Positions 12,471 through 26,439 of a stretch of 64,000 nucleotides of DNA are shown here, in pieces (position 1 is the first letter of the stretch; each line of letters begins with the position of its first letter). The DNA comes from the human T2T-CHM13v2.0 reference genome, Homo sapiens: the NCBI GenBank assembly GCA_009914755.4, contig CP068257.2, positions 23,168,001-23,232,000 of the forward strand. The letters run 5' to 3'. Made by a program: the position numbers and the translations under genes. Below the pieces are notes generated by a model. It was not told where the DNA came from and made no database searches. It saw nothing but the letters and a program-made list of their open reading frames with translations.

Positions 12471-15400
12471 AGGGACCATCTTAAGTGTAGGTCATTATTC
12501 TGAGAGCATTGTAGTTGTGCCTACTGAGGATAAAGAAAATTGTGAAGAGCACCAGACAATGCAGATTAGGCCTTCACCTCAGAATTCTGTTTGCTTAGAA
12601 TTGAGGTTTGGAGTCATGTTCTCATGTCTGATTAGTTTCTAAAGATTTAACATTCCTGTTGTCTTCTGTGTTCTAGAGTTGTCTGATGAAGAAGGGAGAA
12701 TTCGATGTTCCTCTCATAGATGCATTTTGGTTCATAGAAGATTTTGTTCTCTCAGGTGGGACAGTGCTAGGAAGGACAGTGCCACAGCTGTGCCCACCTC
12801 CTTCCTTGCGGTTTCCCATGGGAGGAATGAAGCTAATATGAACAGTTCGATATTGGAGTATCTATTGGGTGACTTTCAACACCTGGCAGCCTTAGAATGA
12901 CCAAAACACAATCAAGTGCTAATCACTCATCCTCTTTCACTTTCTGTTTCAAAGAGCATTAAGGTCTTTTAAATTGATGCTTTCTATAGAATAAATGACT
13001 ATGAAGAGGGCTGCTCTGTTTCCCTGTGTCTTCTTCCAGCTCTCTCTGTACCTGCCAATCTCAGCACTTTCTCTATCCCTGTTTGTGACTGGGTGGAGTT
13101 ATCCTTCCTCAGGAGATAACTTCCATCATGTCACTGGTTGAATGGCCACAAAATTATGGCCAGCTTTGCAGTCTGCTTTGCTATATATACAAAGATTAAA
13201 TTGAATTATAAAATAAATCTAATTACTAGTATTTCCTAAGGCTAAATATATTTGACTTGCTACTCTTATGTAGTCTACGCTCGCACCATTCATTGAATAA
13301 TTAATAACATTGATTTTATCACAAATTCCATATGCTGTATGTGAAAATTAATTACTTTTATGAGAAAGCTATTATTGAACAGAAATGGTTCTTGGCTGTG
13401 GTGTCAGCCACCATGTGTCATTTAGGACCTCTGCAACTGAACCTAGGTCACTACTCCTGTGTACAGTTTTGCAATCTGATCAGCTACAGTGAGGTGGCTT
13501 CATACTGGTAGGCTGGGCTCATTCCTGCTGATCAATGGAATAATCGCTCCTAGAACAGTTTTAATGAATTATGCAAAATGTTCATCTTAATTCTGTCTCA
13601 AGTAGCTCTATGATTTTGTCCATGCCTCTGATTTGCCATTTCTCCATGGTTCAAATGAAAGCATGGCAACAATAAGAGTTCGCCGCCTAATCTGTCAGTT
13701 ATCAAATTTCCAGTGAGGGTCGGGGTAGGGTTCCTGTCATTGTCTGACACTGCTCTTAGTTGAATTAGCAAGTAACCTAATACTTCAATTTCACAGTCAA
13801 TGTAAGTACAGAGGACTACATTTAACTTTCTTTTCCTTTCAGAAGCTAGGCCTTCCAGCTTTCTGTTTTGCTCCTAGACATGAAAATAAGGCTGCAGGTG
13901 GTGACTCTCATTAGCCTAGGTAGTTCATTTTCTATCTGGCAGTGAATAATCATAGTTGTGATCTAGGTAGGCTCTGACAGGAGGTCAGTTTGGTAATCTT
14001 CTATGTTTTTCAGTTCTACTTTTCCACTAAAATTACAAATACATGACTTAATTTCGCATTCACAAATTAAGTACCTCTCAGAGCACTTTTCTTGAAAGAT
14101 GGTTGGTCAGAATCTCTGAACTCTTTGGGATGTCTACAGTGATCTTTATAAGAATTTTGCAGCCTATGATACCTTTCTCTATCCACTGCCTTCATGTCAC
14201 CAAACACACGTAGGCAGATTAGGAGGGATTCTCCTATTGTGAGGTCAAATTTGCACCAATTTTATGGGGGTAGTCACACCTCATCAATATGACTAGATGA
14301 GTTATATTCTGTTAAAAATTTAGGTCTGGGAGGCTCTTTCCTCTAACGTAAATTTGGAAAATGTAAAATAGGAGACAGACTCTTAAAATCAGGTAATATA
14401 AGGAGATTAATATGTCATGTAACTACTGATCCCTCTGCAGTTTTGAATGGAGTATATCAATTTATTACGTATAGAAAAACACCAAAATATTCCCACCTGA
14501 CAGAATATAGCAGACCTAAGTTTCCATTAAATAGTTTTCTGAGCAGAAGGAAAAATGACTCAAATGACTCAATGTTCTCCTAATTCTGGAGGTCCCAAAG
14601 TCTATAAAGAAGCAATTTCCATGTCTCAGTCCCGGTGTCCTCTTACTGATGATGAACTTATTGTAGGAAATCTCTAGCAATATAATGATGCTCAAAATAC
14701 TGAAACAATAATGAATTTCCTATTCATTGTATCTGGAACAAAGCCTTGTATCTTGCAGTTGGGAATATATTTGTGTACATGAGTGTGTGTGTATGAATGT
14801 ATTTACACATATGTTTTGACCTTACTGTTAGAAACATGAATATATTTCTGTACGTAAATATATTTTCATACATATGTTTTGATCACACCATTATCTAAGT
14901 CTGCATACATTTCGTAGATAAATGTTTTTCTAGTTATCTAAGGGATAGGCCATTGTCAGATGTAGTTAGAAGCTTCTTAACTACCCTTTTACACATCTGA
15001 GGTGATGTACAGTCATGTTCTGAGTGACGTCATGCCAATGGCTTTTAGAAATGTCACTTAAACACCACTAAAGGCTTATAATCTCTGTTTAAACGTCTTC
15101 AAAATGTTTTTCTCAGGCAGAAAGTACATTTCTGTTCTTTTCCTTGAAAAGTTTATTGTTTTTGAATTTTTATTTTTTAAGAATAAAATTATTATATTTC
15201 TTGCAATAATTAAAAGCAATTTTCTTCTTCATAATTATAATCTCACTGAATTAAATGAATGCCTGGAAGACATGTGATTTTACATTTCTTCTTGACTGAA
15301 CACTCAATTACAAGGATCCTCATGACAGAAGCACTCAGACTGAGGTAGAAGCACACAACCTGCCAGAAACCTGGTAATGGAGCAAGACACAGAGGGCTCC

Positions 15401-15480
15401 CTGCAAACACACATCTTCACAGTCACAGACCATTCAATATTTAGTGTGATTTGTTTTTAAATTTAAAAATGCATATTAAT

Positions 15481-15540
15481 TATATATTGTGTGTATGTGT
15501 GCATGTGTGTGTGTAAGCATGTGTGTGCATGTATGCCTAA
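15481..15540. repeat. Imperfect (TG)n/(TGCA) microsatellite
   Basis: The repeat 'tatatattgtgtgtatgtgtgcatgtgtgtgtgtaagcatgtgtgtgcatgtatgcc' is directly visible. Similar TG-rich tracts lie at 14775-14800, 16510-16560 and 18905-18940. Confidence 0.8.
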
Positions 15541-17116
15541 ATGCAAGCTGGAGATAAACTTATTCTGAGGCATAGACATGCTATGTAAGTATTTCATATT
15601 TGTTCAGAAGGTCTATGCTTTCATACAGGTATAGATACGTACATATCTATCAGCCATCTATCTATCTTTCTCTATTCTGAGTGAGAAAGAGATCTACCCC
15701 CTTTATTTAAGCATAGTAGACACACACACACATATATGTAAAGAAACAGAGAGAGAAAGAGAAATTCATTCCAGAAAATGGTTCATCTCAAGAAAAGTGA
15801 CTGAGTACTAAAATAAAATATTCTTTGAGGATAAAGAAACAGCTGAGGGTTGGGGAGTAACACTGAATACAGTGCACTTTACTCAAATTTTACCTTATAC
15901 CAAGCGTACTCCTCCTGGACCCTTAGAGTACTGGGTTTGCACTTAATGAACAAGAAAACTCATTAAAAAATATATTAACATTATAATGGGACTTTGAGAG
16001 TACATGGTGAAATGTACAAAGTCAGTCACTGACCCTGGCAGGATCCGGAAGTCACGCTAGTGCTTTAAGCACTTCCAGGAAGAGAGTCCTTAGCACAGAC
16101 AGCAGTCTCAGGTTCAGGCATTACTGTCAGGGGCACAGATGGCAGCCCAGGCCCCATCACAGTGAGGCCAATGCCTTTGCCAGGTATGAGTGCCTTAGTA
16201 GTTTCTCCAGGCACAAAAGCACAGGTGGAATAGAAGAGAAAACTGCCAGTTGCCAGGAAATGCCCAAGGAGACTAATTTATAGAGAAGATTCAAAACAAT
16301 CCCTGAACTTCCCAGATTTTTTTGAGAAGTGTTTGGCTGGAATCCCAATACAGCGATTGGAAGCAGAACTAGAGAAAATTATTTTCTTGTGTTTATAATT
16401 AGCTACATAGTTTTGTATAGAGTTTGATGGTTTGGTTTCCTAGTCATACATTGTTATTTTCTCCATAGTATAGGAACCTAAGAGACCACAGCAACTGGTA
16501 TCAGTATCATTCTGTATGTGTGACTGTGTGTGGGTGTATGTGTGTGCATGTATGTTTGTGACTACATAACATCAATGTCTTATCACAAAGTATCTCTGTA
16601 AAAATCTTATCACATTTTTGTGCATACATGCTGTCAATTTATTTTAAAAGGGACTTTCATTGGATGTAAACATAGAATACCAGCCACTACATTAACACTA
16701 AGGAAATGTTTTGTTTTCATTTTGGATAGATTAGAAAATAAGCATCTATTTTAAAATGCATTTGCATTACAAATGAAATACTACATATTTCAGAGGTTCC
16801 TACATTTTCTCTGTTCATGGAATCCTTTCATATTTTTATTTTTTACTTTTTTGTCAAAGGAACCCTAAACTAAAAGAAATATCTAATAGTTTCATGTATA
16901 GTAGTTAAGCCCAACAACTGACTAAGTATTATTTATTAACAACTTAACACCTACGGCATACAACAACGTCTCACACTTCCAAATCGGATTGCATTCTATC
17001 ACCCTCATTTTCTGCTCTCCACTGTTTTTTCTCAAAGTACTTGCCTTTTATGTTAGCTGTCTCTGAAAGCCCAGGTTCACAATAATAAGACACCACTATA
17101 AGGAGAGTCAGTGATC

Positions 17117-17285
17117 TAATGCTTAACTACGAACTACTTCAAGCGAGTAGTTTTGGAGAAGCTGCTGTGTTCCCTTGAAAATTTAAAATGACTCCTAATC
17201 TCAGTATGAAAATTTTAAAATTTTCAAGGCAACACAGCAGCTTCTCAAAAACTACTAGCTTGAAATAGTTCATAGTTAAGCATTA
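17117..17285. repeat. ~170-bp near-perfect palindrome (two ~74-bp inverted arms, ~18-bp loop); MITE-like or hairpin-forming element
   Basis: Left arm: 'taatgcttaactacgaactacttcaagcgagtagttttggagaagctgctgtgttcccttgaaaatttaaaat'. Right arm: 'attttaaaattttcaaggcaacacagcagcttctcaaaaactactagcttgaaatagttcatagttaagcattag'. The right arm is ~90% identical to the reverse complement of the left arm. I verified this by manual reverse-complementation. Confidence 0.85.
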
Positions 17286-17615
17286 GTTAATATGATGAGT
17301 TGTATTCCAGGTTCTCTCAGTTAGGAATATGAACTTACTGACAGACAATAGTCCTTTTAGGCAGTTGATGAATTCAGAAAAATTACAGATGAAAAATCTG
17401 GGAGAGGTATCTGAAACTCATACATCATCAGTGAAAGTTACTAGTACCCCTTACCTATGTGTGCTTGCTAATACAGCATCCCACTGAAAAGAACCTTATA
17501 TCATCAGGATTTTTTTGCTGTAGATATATTGAGTATGCCCACTTACAACTTTTCACGTGATTATTTAATGGCTCAGCGTTCTTAAGAAATGACTTTCTTC
17601 TTTTATTAAAAAATT

Positions 17616-17877
17616 GAGGCTGAGGCGGGCAGATCATGAGGTGAGGAGATCGAGACCATCCTGGCTAACATGGTGAAACCCCATCTCTACTAAAAATACA
17701 AAAACAAAATTAGGTAGGCATGGTGGTGGGCACCTGTAGTCCCAGCTACTCAGTAGGCTGAAGCAGGAGAATGGCGCGAACCCGGGAGACGGAGGTTGCA
17801 GTGAGCCGAGATCTTGCCACTGCACTCCAGGCTGGGCGACAGAGCGAAACTCCATCTCAAAAAAAAAAAAAAAAAAA
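17616..17877 (+). mobile_element. Alu SINE (sense, 5'-truncated, starts near consensus position 40), long poly-A
   Basis: The copy reads 'gaggctgaggcgggcagatcatgaggtgaggagatcgagaccatcctggctaacatggtgaaaccccatctctactaaaaatacaaaa..gcactccaggctgggcgacagagcgaaactccatctcaaaaaaaaaa'. Confidence 0.9.
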
Positions 17878-20440
17878 GTTTTCCTCTTCATTATCCTCAG
17901 AGAAAAGGAAATGACTTTATCTTATTCAAAAGATGAATGTGAGTTATGTCATGTGATAGTATGTTTAAACTGGCTGATTAGAACCTAAAAAATAATATTT
18001 GAAAAATTTATGACATATAAATAAGATTCAAAAATTAAGTTGCTTTGTTTTTATATTTTAAAAATGACTCATAATCTAATATGACCCTTTAAAAAGTTAA
18101 AACAACCCTGTGAATTCACTGTGCTATACTGGATGGGCCTTAATGCATAATGTAGGAAGAGCAGATGTACTCAAAAGTCAGTGGTAAATATCAGAGTAAT
18201 AAGTACAGTAGTTCTAGACATACATGTTAAAATGTTTACCCTAAGGGAGCACTCAGCAATACTTGTCATTATAGACAAAGGCAAATAAAATTTGATCTTA
18301 TCAAGGTAAATTAAATGTCTAGTGAATAGGGACCTTAGAATTGTATGTATGTTTCTAGGCTAATATTTGCAAGACATGTCTAAGGTTTAAAGTTTTTCCT
18401 ATTCCCAGACAATAGTAATATATTATCTGTAACTGTTTATACAGTGAAAGTGAATAAAAACCAGATAAAGTCATTATTTCATTTTAGTATGAAGGAAATA
18501 GTTTGTCTAAGAATTACTTCTCCACAGACGATTGAGATTTTATTGGCATTAAACTAAGCCATATTAATGATTTGCTGTTTGTATGAAACAATAATAAAAA
18601 TTTTAATTAAAAATTCTAGCACATGAAAGTTTAGTACAAGCAAGAAGCTGTTGCTTTGTTCACTTGTAAGCAGGTGAGATATCAAAAAACAAATAAAAAA
18701 TAAGATTCATTTTTGTCTGAATGAGAATTAATTTATTAAATGCATTATTTTATCTAATATCCCCTTATATGTTCCTAAGGTATTTCCAAATACCATTATG
18801 AAGCTCCACCTTTTTATAGGACTTCCTTTTAAATAATGTAAAGCTAAAATCAAATTTGAATAAAATCATAAATACATAGAATGCATTATTGCAGTGCTAA
18901 AAATGCATAGCAGTTTTGTGTATGTATGTGTGTGTGTGAGTATGTTTTCCTTCCTCTATAATTATCCTTGTCTGTCAGCTTAGTCTATCTGAACACACAA
19001 GCTCCCTGTTGCAGCACGAAATCTTAATCTGGTGTCTTGGGGCTCTTATCACTGGCAATTCTGCAGATCATGTTCCCAGACCCAGCCTTGGGTCACTGTT
19101 CCCTCCAGTGTCTCCAGAAGCAGCTCAGTGGATGAAACAGCCTCTCAGTAGTCACAAGATTCTAGCTTAATTTTTTCAAGGTTTAGAATTTATACTATAC
19201 TAGGTCCAGCAGAATGAACACCATGAAAGCTCTGAACAAAAAATTGGAAGCCTTGGTTATATTTCCTAGTTTCTGTCCTGGAACCCAACAGGCCTGCGGG
19301 CTCAGCCTCAAACATAACTAATTTTTTTACTCTGATTCGGATCCATGGTGATTCACAACTTGTTTTTAAACACAGTTAACTACTTTTTCCTATTTTATCA
19401 AAGTTTTCCATAATTTGGCAAGTGAAGGAATGAAAGATTGTCTAACACGTGAAATAACAGCACCAACTTGACAAGATATTTGCAGGCCAGGAAAAAAAAA
19501 AGCATAAGCAGAGTATGAATCAAATGTGAAGAGGAAATGGAGAAAATAGAGGAAAGTGATTAACATTGTTTAAATATAAAGGTGTAAGAAAAGGGAATTT
19601 CATATTCAGAAATAACTCTCCCTTAGGGTAATGGATTTCAATAGAAAGCAAGTGCAGAGAAATTGAAAGCAGCTCCGTGAAAATTCAGGAAAATATCCTT
19701 AATTCAATTAGGAACTGACTGTCATTACAGCTTTCTATCAGCTCTGGACAGAGCCTGATGGGCACATGCATCAGCCTAATAGTTTAGTTCTTAGTTAAAA
19801 CAAAGTTAAAAAAATAAATATTTAGTTGGAAAGGAAACCTTTTTCTATAAATTTGTTCCATAAACGTTCATATTCCTTTAAATTTGAAATAACTGAAATA
19901 AAAGGTGAATAGTCTACATAAAATGCAACATTATAATTTACCTTCACAGATACTGTTTTGTTTTGGATATTTTTGCAACAACACAACTAAGTTGAAAGGA
20001 TAATTTCCAGCTTTACTGAGGTACAATTAACAAATAAAAATCATATATTTTAAGGAGTACTATGTGATAATTTGGTGTGCATATGCATTGTGTAAAGATT
20101 ACAACAATTAAATTAACACGTTCATCACCACACATCGTTACTCTTGTGTGTGTGGAGGGTGAGGACACTTAAGATCTACTCTTTTTGCAGATTTCAAGTA
20201 AAGAGTACAGTATTGTTACCTATAAAAATTAGATCCCCAGAACTGATTCATCTTATAACTGAAAGTTCCTACTTTTTGAGCAACATGTGAGATCATGTAG
20301 TATTTGTTTTTCTGCATCTGGCTTTTCCATTTAGCACAGTGTTCTCCAGGTTCATCCAAGTTGTCACAAATGGCAGGATTTCCTTCTTTTAAATGTCCGA
20401 ATAATATTAAATTATATATGTATATCTGTACAGTATATAT

Positions 20441-20482
20441 TAGTTTGGTGAAAATGTAATTGCTGTTTTTGCCATTACTTTA
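20441..20482. mobile_element. Partial MADE1/Hsmar1-type TIR fragment
   Basis: The fragment 'gtttggtgaaaatgtaattgctgtttttgccattactttaat' resembles the MADE1 terminal repeat 'ttaggttggtgcaaaagtaattgcggtttttgccatt'. Confidence 0.45.
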
Positions 20483-21189
20483 ATATATGTGTATATGTAT
20501 TGTATATATGTGTATATTTGTGCATATGTACATATATATGTATACACACACCATATTTTCTTCATCCATCAATGAACACTTAGGTTGTTTCCGTATCTTA
20601 GCTACTGTGAATAGATCATTCTTTTCTGTTTAGATGACACTTGCCCTTCTACTCACTAATTCAGTAACCTTTTTTGGGAGGTAACTTAACAATTTGCCCT
20701 GCTTGCATCATATGTAAAATAGGGGTGGTAAAAATAGTTCGCTTACAGCATTGTTGTAGTAATTAAGTAACTTACTATGTGGAAATGTTCAGAGCTACAC
20801 ATAATGATGAATAAGTATCTTCTTTTGTTAACCTTTGATTGCAAAGTTTGATCTAACATGTTTTGTTTGATGGTCAGGACCACAAAACCCCCTCACACCT
20901 TACACATATTTATTACAAAAGTACTCAGGAGAGATCAGTCAACTCCGATGACAAGTGATTTTTGTTTCTATTCTGAGGTTTTGTTGCCTGTTGAAAGAAT
21001 GTGACCAGGTGTATTTCCTAAGATATATAAGGAGTCACATATAAAATTCCGAGATTCCAGGTACCATAATTCAAATTTAGACCAATGTCATAGCATTGCT
21101 TCTACTCTGGTGCCAAATAAGCTTCCCAGATGGCCCATCCATGAACCTGGCTCTGATTTTTAATAGAGTTAGTGTGATATTTTGGAAAG

Positions 21190-21320
21190 AAAATTGGATT
21201 TGGAGTTAAGCAACCAAGTTTGAACCCTAACTCAGAAATTACTTAGCTGTCTAAATTTGGGACAAGTTACTTAACTTGGCTGAGTTTCCATCAGGATAAA
21301 GGTGATAAAACAAGAATCTT
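21190..21320 (+). mobile_element. MIR SINE fragment (sense)
   Basis: The fragment 'gtttgaaccctaactcagaaattacttagctgtctaaatttgggacaagttacttaacttggctgagtttccatcagg' matches the MIR core. Confidence 0.55.
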
Positions 21321-22090
21321 GTAATGATTCTGAAACTTACAGGGAACATAAGTAGGGCAAATAACTCAGTGCTTGGTCTTTCTATTTACCATACTTATGT
21401 TTCTCTCTCTTCTTTTTGATATCAGTGACTTGGTTTTTCTTGAAGAAGCCACATCTTCCTCACTCCCTGTTTAGGCAGTGCAAGGGATCTATAGCAATCT
21501 TGAGCAATGCCACATGCCTAGGCCACCAGCTTTATGAGCACTCTCCCTGTGACTTTTGCAAGAACTAGCGGAGGAGACATTCTGTATGCCATGGAGTGGC
21601 CCAGCTAGTGGGGAGGCCCTATTTTCCACCACTCTGAAAATTTGTCTGAAAATGAAATCAACTCAAAGAATAAAACATATCTGAGCTGCAAGAGCAAGAG
21701 TGATGCCAATCATTCCAGAAGACAAGTTTACCACATGGTTGGAATTAGTCAATAAATTCCTTTTTGTTAGTTAAAAAAAAGTTTCTATATTTTGTAATCA
21801 GTTTTAGTTGCCTCTTACTTTTTGCAAACTGAAATATTCCTGGAAAATATAGTAGCTAATCAATAGTGGAGGGATATATTTATTATTAGTCTATCTCTCA
21901 AATATTAGAGCCCCAAAAAGCAGAAGCCAATATCAATGACCTGGACCATCAGCTTTTTCAGGGTCTCAAGCCTGCTGCCTTTAGACTGGAACAGCACCAT
22001 AAGCCCTTGTGGGTCTCCAGCCTGCTAGTTCACTCTGCAGCCTTATCAGGCTCCATAATCAAGTGAGCCAATTCCTTGTAATAAAAATTT

Positions 22091-22120
22091 GTGTGTGTAC
22101 ACACACACACACACACCCCC
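22091..22120. repeat. (GT)n/(CA)n dinucleotide microsatellite
   Basis: The repeat 'gtgtgtgtacacacacacacacacacc' is directly visible. Confidence 0.9.
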
Positions 22121-22404
22121 TATTAGCTCTGTTTGGTTCTATTTATCTGGAGAACATTGACTACGCAAAGCCCTACTTCTCAAGGTACACGTTTCATTGC
22201 AACAGAATGAGTTTCCAAAAAATCAGGCTCTTCAATTTTGCATGCCAATATAGGCCTCCTAAAAATGAATTTTTATTCCATTCGTTTCAACAACTATTAA
22301 AATCATTAATGGCTTTTTATTGTTAATGAAACTGCAGCATGGCTAATAAAAACTTAGTAGAAGAAATTTACAATCTCTAGAGAAAAGACATTTACTACTT
22401 ATTA

Positions 22405-22860
22405 TGGATATTATACTCCCCAAAGAAATAGGTTGAACCCCTAACTCCCAGCAGCTCGGAATGAGATGCTGTTTAGGAATACAGCCATTGCAGTTAAATT
22501 AATATGAGGTCATATTGGAGTAGGGTGATCTCTTGATCCAATATGACAAGTGTTTTTATAAGAAAAGTGAAAACAATGTAAAGACAAACACAGGAGGAGA
22601 GATCTCCATTGGCAATGGAGGCAGAAAATGAGGTGTTAACAGCTGTAAGCCAAGGAACTACAAGGATTGCCAGCAAACCACCACAATTTAGGAAACAGCA
22701 AGGAAGAATTCTCCCCTACAGGTTTCAGAGGAAGAATGGCCCTGCAGACATCTTGATTTTGGACTCTGATGCTTCAGAACTATAAAAGAGCAATTTTCTA
22801 TTGTGTTAAGCCATGTAGTTTACTGTGCATTGTTATGGCAGCTCTGGGAAACTAATCACT
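22405..22860 (+). mobile_element. ERVL-MaLR solo LTR (MST/MLT1-type)
   Basis: The LTR carries 'ctaactcccagcagctcggaatgagatgctgtttaggaatacagccattgcagttaaattaatatgaggtcatattggagtagggtgatctcttgatccaatatgacaagtgtttttataagaaaag..cagacatcttgattttggactctgatgcttcagaactataaaagagcaattttctattgtgttaagccatgtagtttactgtgcattgttatggcagctctgggaaactaatcac'. Confidence 0.85.
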
Positions 22861-23174
22861 GCCCAAGTAATATTTGTTCATTTCATTTTTTTAGATTTTA
22901 CATCTAAAGTTACTCTATTTATAAGAACAGGATTTGGATGAATTTCTATAAGTTGTGGTATATTTTTTAAATAAATCTTAATTTTTACTACTATGGGGCA
23001 AAGAATAATTTTATATGAAACCAAAGTGAAGGTAGCTGAAAGTAATAGTAGCAATCTAAATTATCATGTCATTTTGTATATTATCTCCCAAAGAAAAATA
23101 CATGGATGCCATTTTGAGAGTATAGAAGTAGCCAATATAGTTACCTACTGACTGTCATTTCAGTCAAAAGTACC

Positions 23175-23300
23175 GGGTACTAGGCTTATTACCTGAGTGA
23201 CAAAATAATCTGTACACCAGACCCCCATGACACAAAATTTACCCATATGACAAACCTGCACGTGTGTTCCCAAACCTAAAATGAAAGTTTTAAAAAAAGT
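23175..23300 (+). mobile_element. L1 extreme 3'-UTR tail fragment
   Basis: The fragment 'gggtactaggcttattacctgagtgacaaaataatctgtacaccagacccccatgacacaaaatttacccatatgacaaacctgcacgtgtgttcccaaacctaaaatgaaagttttaaaaaaa' is close to the L1PA/PB 3' terminus. Compare the copy at 50400-50558. Confidence 0.8.
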
Positions 23301-25153
23301 GTTCTTTGTGATAAAGACTATAACCAACTCAATTCAATTTATTTTGATATTGAGAGCTTTATACAAAGTATCAAAATATCTAACAGAGAAATAAAACAAT
23401 GAGAACTATGTTATTTTATTTTGAAGTACCTTACAAGGACCAAGAGAAGATCCTTGTAAGATAAGAAAGAAAATCAGTATCAAAAATTGCTTTTAAATTA
23501 AATAAATATCCTTAACATTCTTTCTTTGCAGAAGGGGCATTCGGGGGAAAGTGAACACATTTGTACCTGTAATTAATATATTTGAAAGGTATTAAAGAAT
23601 AGTTAAATAAAATATTCTGCAAGAGAGAAATTCTGTTTCAAAAATCTGACACATCTTTGTTTCCTCTTTTTATTTCAAGCCCCACATTTAATTGAAGAGT
23701 ATATACTATTGATTTCAAAATATATCAAAATTAAGCCACCTCTCTCTGCACTCCACTTCTGTGCCAAGCCACTATTGTCTCTTATATGAGACAACAACCT
23801 TCTGGTGTTTAAGCCATCCAGTTTGTAGTAGTTGGTTACACCAGCTTCTTAATGAGTTTTAACCTGACCTTCCTATTTTAAAATTTCTACATCTAGTACC
23901 CCAACCCCACACTGACCCTGTTTACCCTGCTCTATTTTTCCATAGCATTCAATATAATTTGCTTTTTAAATGTTAATTGCTTAATATCTTCTTTCTTCAA
24001 CTAGAATACAAGTTGTACAAAGTCAGATGTTTTTGGTGCTTTCACAGTTGTACAGCAAGCGCTTTGCCTAAAGCTTTATATGAAGTAAGTGCTTTGCTTA
24101 AAGCTTGGTATGAAGTAACTAAGTACTCAATATACTTGCTAAATGAATGAATTAATTACTACAATGTAATATATTCTACATTTCAGTTTGAATAAAGAAT
24201 ACTGTGAGATATTTCAGTGTCACAGTATGGTATACTGGAGTGACTTGTGAATTTGTTATCGTAACAGTTGGAAATGACCATGCGATGCCATTGTGCAGGC
24301 ATATATAAAATTAAATAGATTAAGGAACAATTTGGTTACAATATTTTAGTAACAAACTATCATTTCTAGATAATAAAAGAAGGTAGAATTTCTGACAGGT
24401 TATGAAGCAGCTCTATAGTATTATCCATCAAGGACTAACAAGTAATAACTCCTCCTAGTGTTAGTCAATGCTGTTCTAGGATCTGAAGCGATAATTATAA
24501 CATGAAATACTGGTCCCTGGGTCCACATGTCTCTTGATCTGTCTAAGTGAAAAACAATTAACAATAAAGCAAATTACAAAGCAAATAACTGTGTGATAAG
24601 AACCAAGAGAACTAAAACAAATACATTATTACAGTTCAAAAGCTGGAAAGGATGAAAAGAAGTTGATGGATGGGTACAAATATACACTTAGAAGAAATAA
24701 GACTTGATGTTTGATAGATCAGTAGGGTGACTATAGCTATCATTAATCAATTAACCATTACAAAATAGCAAGAAGAGAAAAATATAAATATTCCTAGCCT
24801 AAAGAAAAGATAAATTTTTAAGATGATGGATATATCAATTGTCCTGTTCTGGTAATATGCATGTATAAAGTCATCACATGTACACTGGAAATATGTCCCT
24901 GTAATATGTATTAATTTAAAAAATACAATTATAAAAGCTGTAAAAAGTCATTATTGAAGAAGTGAAATGAAATGGATCCTGAAAAAAATTCCTAAAAGCT
25001 ATATTCAAGATACACCAGAAGGACTGGTTCATAATTCTGTTTCATCCATTGTATAGACTTAGAATCATTCACAGAAGCAAAGGTATACAAGTCAGAAATG
25101 GCACTATAAATTTTATATGTACAGAAAAAGATTAAAATTGGAGAAATGTAAAT

Positions 25154-25448
25154 TTTTTTTTTTTTTTTTGAGACAGAGTCTCACTGTCGCCCAGGTTGGA
25201 GTGCAGTGGCACGACCTCGGCTCACTGCAAGCTCCGCCCCCAGGGGTTCACGCCATTCTCCTGTCTCAGCCTCCAGAGTAGCTGGGACTGCAGGCGCCCG
25301 CCACCTCGCCCGGCTAATTTTTTGTATTTTTAGTAGAGACGGGGTTTCACTGTGTTAGCCAGGATGGTCTCGATCTCCTGACCTCGTGATCCTCCCGCCT
25401 CGGCCTCCCAAAGTGCTGGGATTACAGGCATGAGCCACCGCGCCCGGC
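25154..25448 (-). mobile_element. AluY-like SINE (antisense), 16-nt poly-T, intact ~16-bp TSD
   Basis: The TSD 'tggagaaatgtaaatt' is at 25138-25153 and again at 25449-25464. The body has high CpG retention ('cacgccattctcctg', 'ggcgcccgccacctcgcccggc'), which suggests a young copy. Confidence 0.95.
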
Positions 25449-25560
25449 TGGAGAAATGTAAATTTTGAAAGCATAATGTATAGCTGTAGCTTAACAAATA
25501 GTGGCACATTTATATTGACCAGATGAAATTGAGGTAATATAAAAATATACACATGAGATA

Positions 25561-25951
<391 letters not shown>

Positions 25952-26112
25952 ATATTATTATATAAATATGTGCCTGTGTATTCTGATCCAAACTCAACAG
26001 CAAAGAAAAAATTTGATATGTATTTTGATTCATCGAGACCAGTAAGTGGTCAAAATTTACTTTGTGAGTGTGTATGATTTCATTAACATGAAATAGTATT
26101 TATTTATTTTAA

Positions 26113-26429
<317 letters not shown>

Positions 26430-26439
26430 TTTAGTATTG

